This document shows positions 49,807 to 60,051 of a stretch of 64,000 nucleotides of DNA, piece after piece; within the stretch, counting starts at the first letter, position 1; each line of letters starts with the position of its first letter. Under the pieces are notes generated by a model. The model ran no database searches. It was not told the DNA's origin and worked only from the letters and a program-made list of their open reading frames with translations. Origin of the DNA: Nitrosopumilus sp. (GTDB taxonomy: Archaea > Thermoproteota > Nitrososphaeria > Nitrososphaerales > Nitrosopumilaceae); the NCBI GenBank assembly GCA_965224195.1, contig OZ245040.1, positions 512,001-576,000 on the forward strand. Direction: 5' to 3'. The translations under genes and the position numbers were made by a program.

Positions 49807-52323
49807 ATGCATCTAATTCATAATTTCATATCTATGCCGGTTGAAAAATACGGTTTAAAGTTAATTCCCTTTAAATCTCAAGGTTCAGAATCTGGAAAAT
49901 ATCCATTTGTTCCCTCTGAATCATTTAATAATTTAATATCTGAAATTCAAGAAATTCGTGAAGATAAAGACGCTGGCTCTATCATCTTTAGAGGCCCCCA
50001 AGGTAGTGGTAAAACTGCTACTAGGAATGGAATTTTAAATAATTTTTTACAACAAACCGATGTTGGAATAATTACCGTTAATCTTTCTTCACTTGAATTA
50101 AGAGATTTGACATGGTCAATAGCAAATAATGCCAAAAAACAGAATTTAATTGATGATAAATTTCTTAAAGAAATAGATTATGTTGAAGGGCAAAATATTG
50201 AAAGGCCCAGGTTATTAGAAATAATCATTTCAATTATAGAAAAAATTTTGTCAGTAAAGGAATTTGGTATTTTAATTATTGATGAATTTGATATTATTTC
50301 TCAACCTACTTTTCATGATACAGATAATCAAACAACTTTTCTTCAAAATATTACAAATTTTTTAAATTTGATCAGTGAATCTAAAATGGTACAAAAAAAA
50401 TCGTTTTGCACAATTCTTGCACAAACTGATAAAAGTTCTGAGGATTTTATAACATATGTCTCTAATAGACATAAACCACTTGCTTCTAGATTAAAACGTA
50501 GTGTTGATATAGAATATAATTTGGATGAAACAAAACAAATCATCTTGAACAGATTAGAATCTGAACAAATAGATGGATTTGTAAAACCTGATGGAAATGA
50601 ATTTTTTCCCTTAGATGAAAAAATAATAGAATTTCTTTTTATTGAAATTAATCAATTGACACTAAAGAAAAAAATGACTGCATTTAGAGATGTGGAACAA
50701 ATTTTACATAATTCAATTGTAAAATCTTTGGAAAAAAATTTACCAAAAGTGGATATTAATATTGTTATGGAGATCTTTAATCAGGAAAAAACAAAACTAT
50801 TTGAAATTAAACGAGAAGAACTTCGAATTAACAAAGAAACAATTATTGAGCTTGATAAATTACTCCTTGACAAGGATCACTCTGCAGCAAATAACTTGTA
50901 TCTTGATGGTATTAAAGATGGAATGACTGTTTGGGAATCACAATTATACAAAACTGTTGACTCTAATGGTGCAAGATCAAGATTAATTCCAGATAATGGG
51001 CACAGTTTATTCATTAATAGTATCAGGTTAGATCTTCAATCTAGTTCAAAACATCACAAGTCAATTTTGTGGTATGATGTTTCTAAATTTGAAAACAAAG
51101 AATTCACTGATAAGGATTTTAAAGAAATTAATTTATTTTTAGATGAAAACAAAGATGAAAGAAATGGATGCCAATTTTCAATTTTAACTATATTTTCAGA
51201 TACCCTATTAACAGATGAAATAAAATTAAAAAATGATCAAATTACTTCTATGGATGAAATCTTTATCTGTAACAATATTGTAAAAAAAGCAATCATTGGA
51301 ATAGCAATTTCTAACTCAGCAACTAAGGATGTATCGAATCCTTCAGATGATCGTGAGCAATTTAAGCCTAATTGGAATACACATCTACATAGTGTATGTA
51401 CTGATAAATTAGGAGAAACTCTTCACGATCTTGATAAAGAATTTTCAGATAAAAATAAAGTTCTTGTTCAAATTCTCTTTACAAAATCTGCTATTGGGGA
51501 AACATTCCAAAAAAAGGTTGATCTAAAAAACTTGGCAAGAGGAATTTCTAATTTGAATATTCAAGAAAACAATGTTAATGAAATCATACTATTAGGATTT
51601 TGTAATGAAGAACTACAACCTACCATTCCACGAAATCTGGTTTCACTTAAAAATTTAATCGAATTAGGAAAAACAAGTGATGAAATTTTAACATTTTTCT
51701 CTAAACCTTTTACATTTGGAGCTGCAAAATTATTAAATATTATTGATGATAATGGGAAATTAGTTAATTTTGAGAATCTAAAAAAGGAAATCGAGGATGA
51801 TTTAATTCAAAAAATGAAAGATGTTTTACCCGAGGATACTACAACTTTATCAGTTAATCAAACAATAATTAAATTACTTGTAGACGCATTTGAAAAAATC
51901 GATGAAATAACTAATTATTTAAAAAAAATAATTGTGTTGAGCTATATTCGTGAACAATCTGAAAAATCTTTGGAAGATTTATCTGTAGATTCAACATTCT
52001 CTGAATCTGGTGCTTCCACCACTGAATCTGGTGCTTCCACCACTGAATCTGGTGCTTCCACCACTGAATCTGGTGCTTCCACCACTGAATCTGGTGCTGC
52101 TGATGTTCGCGATACCGCTGTAAATAATGAAAAATCTGAAGAAATAACTCTCGACATGCTTCTAGATGTATGTAATGATGTTCTAAAGGATGGTAAATTA
52201 ACACTCAATGAATTACGCAAAAGAATTAGTATGAAACCACGTTTTGAAGACGAGACTAAATGGGTTACAAAAATTTATGCTTTAATTCGTAGTAGTAAAA
52301 TATCTCTCAGTAAAGGAAATTAA
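49807..52323 (+). CDS. P-loop AAA-type ATPase (DpdH-like position)
   Basis: Walker A GPQGSGKT, Walker B ILIIDEFD, Arg-finger-like LASRL; start possibly ATG 49834. Confidence 0.85.
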   Translation: MHLIHNFISMPVEKYGLKLIPFKSQGSESGKYPFVPSESFNNLISEIQEIREDKDAGSIIFRGPQGSGKTATRNGILNNFLQQTDVGIITVNLSSLELRDLTWSIANNAKKQNLIDDKFLKEIDYVEGQNIERPRLLEIIISIIEKILSVKEFGILIIDEFDIISQPTFHDTDNQTTFLQNITNFLNLISESKMVQKKSFCTILAQTDKSSEDFITYVSNRHKPLASRLKRSVDIEYNLDETKQIILNRLESEQIDGFVKPDGNEFFPLDEKIIEFLFIEINQLTLKKKMTAFRDVEQILHNSIVKSLEKNLPKVDINIVMEIFNQEKTKLFEIKREELRINKETIIELDKLLLDKDHSAANNLYLDGIKDGMTVWESQLYKTVDSNGARSRLIPDNGHSLFINSIRLDLQSSSKHHKSILWYDVSKFENKEFTDKDFKEINLFLDENKDERNGCQFSILTIFSDTLLTDEIKLKNDQITSMDEIFICNNIVKKAIIGIAISNSATKDVSNPSDDREQFKPNWNTHLHSVCTDKLGETLHDLDKEFSDKNKVLVQILFTKSAIGETFQKKVDLKNLARGISNLNIQENNVNEIILLGFCNEELQPTIPRNLVSLKNLIELGKTSDEILTFFSKPFTFGAAKLLNIIDDNGKLVNFENLKKEIEDDLIQKMKDVLPEDTTTLSVNQTIIKLLVDAFEKIDEITNYLKKIIVLSYIREQSEKSLEDLSVDSTFSESGASTTESGASTTESGASTTESGASTTESGAADVRDTAVNNEKSEEITLDMLLDVCNDVLKDGKLTLNELRKRISMKPRFEDETKWVTKIYALIRSSKISLSKGN
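52001..52098 (+). repeat. Perfect 21-bp in-frame tandem repeat (4.7 copies, ESGASTT)
   Basis: CTGAATCTGGTGCTTCCACCA at 52001, 52022, 52043, 52064 and a partial copy at 52085. Confidence 0.95.
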
Positions 52324-52324
52324 A

Positions 52325-53323
52325 ATGCAACTTAATAAAAAAATTATCAAAGCTCCAGCTGTAGATAATCTTAATATTCTTAAAAAAATTATTAAAAGTC
52401 TAGAGTATACCCCTATCCCATTTAGTTATATTGATGAAAGGAATCTTGAATCGCTAGAAAATAAGAAAAAAATTTCTCACCAAGTCCATGAAAGTATTAA
52501 TGAATGGAAAGATAGTCAAGAGATTTCTCATGCAAAAGGATTTTTACAATCTATTGTTTCATTATTAAGATCATTGAATATTATTTCAAATGTAAAAATT
52601 AAAAAAGAATTTTTAGATACACCACTTGGTTTTTCTGGACCAATGCTTAATACATTTTTAACAAAAAGTATTGATGCAGTTATGTTGACAAAAATTGGAT
52701 ATAGTCTTTTAGATTTATTGGAAAAAAATGATATTCAATCTAGAAATACATATGATAATATATTATTCTGGAGATTTTTACATAGTAACATAACACATAA
52801 CTTTCAACGACTTTTTGAAAATTCTGATACTTATACAAAAGGAATTGAAAAAACACTAGAGAAATTTGAAACAGATACTCGTACAAGAGGTATTTTCTTA
52901 AGTTGGATAAATTATTTTGATTTAAAAGGAATTGATGAGACTCATAGTAATTCAATTATTTTGAGCAAAAAAAAAGTTATTAAAAAAATTATTTCATCCA
53001 CTATACTTGAATTAAACACTTTAAAAATTGACATATATTCAATTGAAATACTTTCAAACCATCTTTCTCAACAACTTGATTTGTCTAATACTATCTGTGA
53101 CTTCTTATCTATTTTTGAGATTATTTTAAAACACACAAACTTATCAGATGAACAAAAGAAATCTATATCTGGAACAACATCCTCAAGAATCAGTTCACAC
53201 TTGCCAAATTTTCCTAAAATAAACATGTTAAAAATTCATAGTAGTATACCTATGGATCAAATTTTAGAAAATACTACAGACTCTGAATTTAATTCAGTAT
53301 TGAATTTTGGTGATAATGAGTGA
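52325..53323 (+). CDS. Hypothetical protein, probably multi-winged-helix
   Basis: SLLRSLNII..LTKIG and FLSWINYFDL segments; coupled to both neighbours. Confidence 0.65.
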   Translation: MQLNKKIIKAPAVDNLNILKKIIKSLEYTPIPFSYIDERNLESLENKKKISHQVHESINEWKDSQEISHAKGFLQSIVSLLRSLNIISNVKIKKEFLDTPLGFSGPMLNTFLTKSIDAVMLTKIGYSLLDLLEKNDIQSRNTYDNILFWRFLHSNITHNFQRLFENSDTYTKGIEKTLEKFETDTRTRGIFLSWINYFDLKGIDETHSNSIILSKKKVIKKIISSTILELNTLKIDIYSIEILSNHLSQQLDLSNTICDFLSIFEIILKHTNLSDEQKKSISGTTSSRISSHLPNFPKINMLKIHSSIPMDQILENTTDSEFNSVLNFGDNE

Positions 53324-56010
53324 ATCCCAAGGATATTGTAAAAGATGAAATTTATCGTATAGAAAATTCATTAATTCAACAAAAAATATTTCTTGATAAC
53401 AACAATCAACCAATGTTTATCACGAATGTGCAGATTGCGAAAGGAACTGGATTATCTGAAACAGAAGTCATAGATGTCATAACAGAATTAGCCCAAAATG
53501 AGAAAAATGAATTTATTATTTTTGATAATACTCTCGGTATTTCGGCAGATGAAAATATTCAGTTTTTTGTTAGAACAAGAATATATCATATAATATGGAC
53601 ATTGTATAGATCTGCCAGTAGAACCAGGAGTAATCCGCCTAAATTTAATATTGGTGATTATCAATATTTACGACATGTTAAACGTCGTCCAAAACAATCT
53701 GAAAATTTAGAAGATGTATTTAATGATGAGGAAATCAAAAAGAATTTTGACTATCCAAAAAATGACTTGTTCAATAAGGTTATTGCCCATATTAAAATAA
53801 ATACTAATTTCAAAAAAATTAGTAACTTTCAAAAAAAATCAACTGTTAAAATATTAAAAAATCTTGAATTAAGAAAAAAGCCAAGAGGTATTGTCTTGGT
53901 TGCTGGCACAGGTGCTGGTAAATCATTTGCATACCAATTTCCACTCTTACTTTGGATACTAAATAAAAAATTTAAAAAATTTGATGAATTCCGTAAAGGA
54001 TACATTAAGGAATCTGATTTACATGTTAATTGTACTGGATTACTGATTTTTCCAAGAAACGCTTTAGCACAAGATCAATTTGAATCCATATCCTATCTAA
54101 TTGATATTATTAATGAAGAAATTTGCAAATTCCCTGATGCAGTAGGAAGAAAATTCCTTACAATTAAAAAACCACTTCCTGACTTTCATAGTAATATTAG
54201 TGGTGATTTGAAAAACAAATATGGAAATAACTCTGAAAAAGGTTATCCTGATTTAATTATCACTCATCCCAAATCATTAGAACGTAGACTTATCAATCCA
54301 GATTGTAGTTTTGTGTATAAACAAGGAATAGATTGTGTATTATATGATGAAGTACACTTATGGGATGGAATAGAAGGGGCAGAAATTGCTTCATTAAATG
54401 CACGATTACAAAATTTATTCCAAGAAAAGTCAAATCCGCCGTTATTTGTTGGTATGTCTGCAACAATTGATCAACCTGAATGGCATTGCCAAAAATTATT
54501 TTCTTTGTTGACTGAAAAGAAACCTGAATCCATAATACAAGGAGACGATGATGATACAGTGCCTTTTTCAATTGAACATCATTTAATTCTTAAACCTAGA
54601 AGTGGTCGACCCCCAATAGGTGTTGCAATAGATACAACATCATGCTTGATACATAATCGTAGAAATGGATTATCATTATCACATGATGATGATAATTTCC
54701 CCTCACACATAGATCGAGAAAATAAAGACAAAAGTCTCACTTTTATAGATTCTTTAAATCAAACTGCAAAATTTGCTAACAAATTAAATAATTTTGAATA
54801 TTTTTGGGATGGTCATGCTCAAATAGCACGAACTTCAGGTTCCCAAAGACCATACAGATCATATCTTTATCACTATAGACCCGAGCAACGTCCACCTAAA
54901 GGAGTTCCAAACAATAAATGGACCGCCAATCATGATTGTAATGACTGTGTAAATCGAACTAGTCCAGAAATTTTTACATGTCCAAGTTATGCTCGCGGTG
55001 AATGTTGGTATTATTCTTCAGATGATGCAAATCAATTTGCAAATACCCCTTATGGAAATTGGAAACAATTAGTTCGAGGAGACAGACTAACAGTTCCAAG
55101 AGACAATATTCGTTCAATACGAGTTTCAAGTTTAGAAAACAAAAAAATTAAAAATAAATATGATTATTTTTTGTTTAAAGATAACATATGGATACCTGAT
55201 GGTAAAGTTCCTGCTTCTGTAGATATGGTTTCTGATATTGATAATATCGTGTCAACTTCCACTCTAGAAGTAGGGGTTGACTTCAAAAAGATCAAAGAAA
55301 TTATACAAGTTGGAGACATTCGATCTCCTTCATCATATAAACAAAAAGCTGGTAGAGGAGCTCGTGAAGGAAATAGTGAGGATGGGTTATTTGTAATGAC
55401 TGTTATTAATGACTCTTCCTTAGCATATTATCATTTTAAACACTTTAGTAGATTAGTGAAATCTAGTCTAGATCCACTAAAACTTGAAACAACAAATCCC
55501 AATATCATAAGATCTAATTGCTTCTTTTCAATTTTTGATTTTATGGCATTAAATAAAATTAATTTATTTAAAATTGTACGTTTAGAGGCTACAGAAATAG
55601 ATTTGGAATATGAAAAAGCAATAAAATTACTTGATGATTCTAAATTGGAAAAATATGTTGCAAGATTTCTTGCTAAATTTAACAAATCAGAAAGTAGTAT
55701 TATCCAAAAAACCATTAAAGATGTACGAGATTTTCTAGAAATACTATCAACAAAAAGAGAAGTAATTATTAATGATGTGAAAATACAACATACTCTACAC
55801 GAATGGTTGATACAATCTGTTAATAGTCTAAATACTCTACAAGAAGTTAAAAAACAATTAGGTATTGATACACTTCAAAAACAAGAAGATGCAATAGGCG
55901 ATATCACAAAGTATATGGATGAGTTAGAAACATCCTATCAAAAACAATTTCCTGATGATGATTTAATTACAAAAAAATTACATGAATTGAGGAGAGAGAT
56001 ATTTGAGTAA
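53320..56010 (+). CDS. SF2 DEAH helicase (DpdJ-N / DrmA-like)
   Basis: Q motif NFQ, AGTGAGKS, FPRNALAQDQ, DEVH, GMSATI, STSTLEVGVD, QKAGRGAR. Confidence 0.9.
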   Translation: MNPKDIVKDEIYRIENSLIQQKIFLDNNNQPMFITNVQIAKGTGLSETEVIDVITELAQNEKNEFIIFDNTLGISADENIQFFVRTRIYHIIWTLYRSASRTRSNPPKFNIGDYQYLRHVKRRPKQSENLEDVFNDEEIKKNFDYPKNDLFNKVIAHIKINTNFKKISNFQKKSTVKILKNLELRKKPRGIVLVAGTGAGKSFAYQFPLLLWILNKKFKKFDEFRKGYIKESDLHVNCTGLLIFPRNALAQDQFESISYLIDIINEEICKFPDAVGRKFLTIKKPLPDFHSNISGDLKNKYGNNSEKGYPDLIITHPKSLERRLINPDCSFVYKQGIDCVLYDEVHLWDGIEGAEIASLNARLQNLFQEKSNPPLFVGMSATIDQPEWHCQKLFSLLTEKKPESIIQGDDDDTVPFSIEHHLILKPRSGRPPIGVAIDTTSCLIHNRRNGLSLSHDDDNFPSHIDRENKDKSLTFIDSLNQTAKFANKLNNFEYFWDGHAQIARTSGSQRPYRSYLYHYRPEQRPPKGVPNNKWTANHDCNDCVNRTSPEIFTCPSYARGECWYYSSDDANQFANTPYGNWKQLVRGDRLTVPRDNIRSIRVSSLENKKIKNKYDYFLFKDNIWIPDGKVPASVDMVSDIDNIVSTSTLEVGVDFKKIKEIIQVGDIRSPSSYKQKAGRGAREGNSEDGLFVMTVINDSSLAYYHFKHFSRLVKSSLDPLKLETTNPNIIRSNCFFSIFDFMALNKINLFKIVRLEATEIDLEYEKAIKLLDDSKLEKYVARFLAKFNKSESSIIQKTIKDVRDFLEILSTKREVIINDVKIQHTLHEWLIQSVNSLNTLQEVKKQLGIDTLQKQEDAIGDITKYMDELETSYQKQFPDDDLITKKLHELRREIFE

Positions 56011-58237
56011 AATAGATGAAATAGAAAAAATTCTAGAAAATAGGTTAAAAGAAGTAGAATTTAAAAAAAGCAACTTGATTGTTAATCCATTCACTAATCT
56101 TAAAAACTCCTTAAAAGAATTTGAAGAAAGTAAAAAAATTTCTAATAAAAGTGGGATTGATATTTTCAGATTGGAATTATATTTATCTGAATTATATGAA
56201 GACTTGAACAATAGAAAGGGAAATCAAAAATCCGATGAAACATCGTTTAATGTCTTCACAAAATTACCACTAAAACCTTATGCCAAATCATCCATCGGTT
56301 CTACGGTTACGTTATCTAGAGGGACAAATTATTCTGAGGAGGTATTGCCATCAAAAACTATTTTTACACAACTTTTACCGGGTCAAGTAACACATAGGTG
56401 GGATTTCCATTCACAATGGAGAGTTCCATGTGGAAAATATTCTGAAGATTTTATTAGTCATCTTAAAGGAATTCATAAAATATCTTCAACTCCATTTATC
56501 CAACATGAAGGTAAAAATGTCCACACATTAGAAAAAATAAATGTTATGACGTTACAAGGGGTTACCAATAACTCATATGTAGATGAGAATGGTGAAGAAC
56601 AGAAAAGACAAGGAGGAATTCCTGTTTGTCCAGAATGTTTGTCAATAAATATTTCTGGGGGCAGAGTGGCAGAACAGTGTATTCATGTAAGAGATGGTAA
56701 CAGTAATCCTATAGGACGTTCCTCATTATATGCATCTCCAATTTTAGAAAATATTGAAATTAGTGGTGAGAGAGAAATATCAAAACCAAATCATTTCTCT
56801 TTCCCGTTAAATGAAATATTTGAAAAAATAGAGTTTTTAGAAAATTGTCAAATCATTACTGTTGCTACAGGTTTTAGTAGAGAAATAGGAGGTGTCTCGA
56901 TACAAGTTCAATATGATCCATATATCGGATATAAGACAGATACAAACGGATTATTATTTGTAGTAAAAGAGATTCCAGGTGATTTTGTTAAACAAGTATT
57001 AAATGATGATTTTCTTGTGAGGGATGTCATAATAGATATTCTACAAGATAAAATTCTTCATATTTTAAATAATTCGAATAAGAGTTCTTTTGAATTAGAA
57101 GTATGGCTTTCTGGACTAATCAAAGCGTTAAGACTTGATTCAATTTCGACCACCTTTGATTATTTGAACACACTTAATCAATTACATTCTGCTTCATTTG
57201 ATGATGATTTTTTAAGTTGTGTTCAAACTGAATTAAGTTATTATGAATACGAACAATTTGGCATAGATCCAACAAGAATTGCAGTAATGTCTAACGAAAT
57301 AAAAAATATCAGTATTTCAGAAGATGATTTAAAATTAAAAATTAAAAGATTGCTTAAAAATTCATTAACTTACTTAATACATCAAACAGGATTGGTTACA
57401 TCAGGTTCAACTGATCAAGATATTGGATTTATATATCCAAAAGAAAATACAAACGAAATTTTACTTTTTGATGATATGTCTGGTGGAAATGGTGCTTCAA
57501 AATTAATTAATGATTATTTGGTTGGTGTAAGCTCTTCATATTCTCCAAAGCATGGAGCACGACCCAAATATTTTCAAGAAACATTTTTTGAATTATTACA
57601 GCCATGTCCACAAGGTACTGCTGATAGAAGTTTTTTCCAAGATTTGGTTAAAATCTTTACAAATTTTTCTAACAATAATTTAATTAGTAAAAAATTTGAA
57701 GAAATTCAAGAACAACAAAATGCTTCACAAAATGAATTTGCGCAAATAAAAACTTCTGGTATTCAAAATATGTTTCCTCATTCAATTGGTAAAAGAGGAT
57801 TAATACAAAATGGAATAACAAACACAACAGAAAGTAAGAAAATTCAAGAAATTGCAAACATCTGTATCCACGGTTGTTTTGAATGTGGTCTTTTAAAGGG
57901 GAATTATTCTGGAATAAAAGGTCCTAAACTTGAGAAATTTTATGTTAGTAAATATTTACTTGATAAATACTTCAAATTTGTTACACAAAAAATTCGAATT
58001 GATATTGATACCAATACATCTGAAATAGAAAAAATTTTCAAAGAACACAAAATGATAATTATTTCACAAAAAATTGGAAATGCTAACAACATCTATCAAG
58101 TGATGTCAAAAATGAATTCATTAATTGGTGAAGAATTCGATAAAAAATTGGTGAAATTTTCAGGACTGTGGTTTGATTGTCCAATTTCAAATTCTCCAGA
58201 GGTTGAATTATCTATTTTATTGAGCGTGATTAAATGA
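56003..58237 (+). CDS. DUF1998/MrfA-like Zn-binding helicase partner (DpdJ-C / DrmB-like)
   Basis: EILLFDDMSGGNGAS followed by PC..ICIHGCFEC; internal CPEC; GAGGAG upstream of the TTG start. Confidence 0.75.
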   Translation: MSKIDEIEKILENRLKEVEFKKSNLIVNPFTNLKNSLKEFEESKKISNKSGIDIFRLELYLSELYEDLNNRKGNQKSDETSFNVFTKLPLKPYAKSSIGSTVTLSRGTNYSEEVLPSKTIFTQLLPGQVTHRWDFHSQWRVPCGKYSEDFISHLKGIHKISSTPFIQHEGKNVHTLEKINVMTLQGVTNNSYVDENGEEQKRQGGIPVCPECLSINISGGRVAEQCIHVRDGNSNPIGRSSLYASPILENIEISGEREISKPNHFSFPLNEIFEKIEFLENCQIITVATGFSREIGGVSIQVQYDPYIGYKTDTNGLLFVVKEIPGDFVKQVLNDDFLVRDVIIDILQDKILHILNNSNKSSFELEVWLSGLIKALRLDSISTTFDYLNTLNQLHSASFDDDFLSCVQTELSYYEYEQFGIDPTRIAVMSNEIKNISISEDDLKLKIKRLLKNSLTYLIHQTGLVTSGSTDQDIGFIYPKENTNEILLFDDMSGGNGASKLINDYLVGVSSSYSPKHGARPKYFQETFFELLQPCPQGTADRSFFQDLVKIFTNFSNNNLISKKFEEIQEQQNASQNEFAQIKTSGIQNMFPHSIGKRGLIQNGITNTTESKKIQEIANICIHGCFECGLLKGNYSGIKGPKLEKFYVSKYLLDKYFKFVTQKIRIDIDTNTSEIEKIFKEHKMIIISQKIGNANNIYQVMSKMNSLIGEEFDKKLVKFSGLWFDCPISNSPEVELSILLSVIK

Positions 58238-58788
58238 CACATGTTGATGAACTAAATTATGCAATGGTGGATTTTGATATATTAGCTTCAGAATTAATAA
58301 AATCTATTTTTAATAAAAATGATGATAATGAAGTTATAATAATTTCACCGTGGATGGTAGATTATGCATTACCAATGACCTGGCCCTCTTTTAGTAGTAA
58401 TTTTATTAATATTACAGATATGCAAACAACAAGTGATATTCTAAGATTACTATTGCAGAATGGTGTTTTAGTAACGATCATGTCACATTCAACTGCACAA
58501 TTAGAAAAAGATGGATGGGGTAATGTTGCTATTAGAAATGCAGTAGATTTTTCTAATAAAATAAAAGATGATGGTGGAAAAATAATTCATAATCAAATAA
58601 ATCACGGTAAGCTAACATATACTAGTGAACATGCATTAGCTGGTTCTGGTAATTATACAAATAAGGGTAGGAATCCAATATTGCAAAATAACATAGGTGA
58701 ATTAATTGTTAAAAGTAAAGATGAAAAAAGTCATGGATTAAAACATAGATGGGCTTTAGATAGACTCAAAGAAGGAAAATCCATATAA
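58234..58788 (+). CDS. PLD-family nuclease (DpdK / DrmC-like)
   Basis: IIISPWMVD, NHGKLTY..ALAGSGNYTNKG..N..E; ATGA-coupled. Confidence 0.85.
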   Translation: MTHVDELNYAMVDFDILASELIKSIFNKNDDNEVIIISPWMVDYALPMTWPSFSSNFINITDMQTTSDILRLLLQNGVLVTIMSHSTAQLEKDGWGNVAIRNAVDFSNKIKDDGGKIIHNQINHGKLTYTSEHALAGSGNYTNKGRNPILQNNIGELIVKSKDEKSHGLKHRWALDRLKEGKSI

Positions 58789-60051
58789 TTATTTCCCAAA
58801 ATAATACAAACCTAATTTTCTATCAATAGAGTTACACCATGTAGCCAATCCCAATAATAACAAAACATCTTCTTTGTCTTTCATTGAATATTTTTTTGAT
58901 TTTTTCAAATGAATTACAATATCCTCAAAGTTTTGAGGAGTATTTGACAATAGTTTTAACATGTACTTGTATTCTGGAATTTTTTCTTTTAATTTTTTAT
59001 TCAACTTTGTTTTAGCTGATCTTTTCTCCAATGATTTTAAGAACTCTTTACCTTCATTACTAAGATAGATAACACCATCACGTTTAGTTGTAAATTTTAA
59101 CAATTCTCCTAATTTTGTATAACTGCCATTTTCTGTTTCATATCTGGAGTGTAGTAGATTTTTTATGGCCATTCCATCTTTAACTGATTCTAGGAATTTG
59201 GGGAATTTTGTAACTGATATTTGAGGAGGTGTGAAATTACCTGTTACAGGACTTGCTTTTTTGTATTCACTGTTTTTTTTAGCGCCTTCTTCTGCTGCAC
59301 TAAATCCCTTATTTGAAATAATGAATGTAAAAGTACCTCGTCCTCTGTATGATAAATCCACTCTCAGAGGTAAATCATCACTTAAACCTAGTTTGACTTC
59401 TCCGCACTGAGTAACCATTTCAGTGACTGTTTTCAAATAATCCAATATGGTCCAAGTTTTCACATCTTTTTTTGGTATTTTATTTTTAAAAGACTCAAAC
59501 ACTTGACCTGAAAGATCTATTGTTTTGTGATAAGAAAATCCACCTTCTTCAGAACCTACAACAAATTTCCCATCCTCGATTCCAAAGAATATCTCTCTAG
59601 ACACTGATGATGCTTCATTAATTATCTCCAAGAATTCTTTGGATGGAATTGTGATTTCAGCATCATAATCTAAATTATTTGGTTCGGGTAGGTTGAATTC
59701 TTCATCCTCCAACCATTCTAATTCATAACGTGTTTTTTCATTATTTATAAAATTTAATGCAATGTTTTTTTTCCGAATATCAAGATTCAGTTTTTTTTCT
59801 TTTTTAATTTTTGTAATTACTTGTTTGAGCTTACCAATTTCAGCCTCTCTTGAAAATTTTTCAGAATCCCAGTTAAATCCATTAAAAAAGGTAGGTGATA
59901 ATTTAATATCCACATAACAAAAATCGTGAGGATCTATACTTCTAATCCTTACTCCGTTTTTACTAATATCAAATCTGGCTACATCTGTAAATCTTGTAAT
60001 GCCACGAAAAATGGCTTTGAATAATGCTAAATCCTCTATTCTTAATTCCAT
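58789..60051 (-). CDS. Divergent PCNA sliding clamp fused to a C-terminal putative winged-helix domain
   Basis: aa 1-247: FKAIF..VRIRSIDPHDFCYVDIKL, LPEPNNLDYDAEITIPSKEFLEII, LDYLK, LGLSDDLPLRVDL..GTFTFII; about 150 further aa with YLSNEGKEF wing. Confidence 0.85.
   Translation of the reverse strand: MELRIEDLALFKAIFRGITRFTDVARFDISKNGVRIRSIDPHDFCYVDIKLSPTFFNGFNWDSEKFSREAEIGKLKQVITKIKKEKKLNLDIRKKNIALNFINNEKTRYELEWLEDEEFNLPEPNNLDYDAEITIPSKEFLEIINEASSVSREIFFGIEDGKFVVGSEEGGFSYHKTIDLSGQVFESFKNKIPKKDVKTWTILDYLKTVTEMVTQCGEVKLGLSDDLPLRVDLSYRGRGTFTFIISNKGFSAAEEGAKKNSEYKKASPVTGNFTPPQISVTKFPKFLESVKDGMAIKNLLHSRYETENGSYTKLGELLKFTTKRDGVIYLSNEGKEFLKSLEKRSAKTKLNKKLKEKIPEYKYMLKLLSNTPQNFEDIVIHLKKSKKYSMKDKEDVLLLLGLATWCNSIDRKLGLYYFGK

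Noticed and set aside
51911-52204. ORF with (HQIQWWK)n repeat
   Set aside because: Antisense reading of the 21-bp minisatellite
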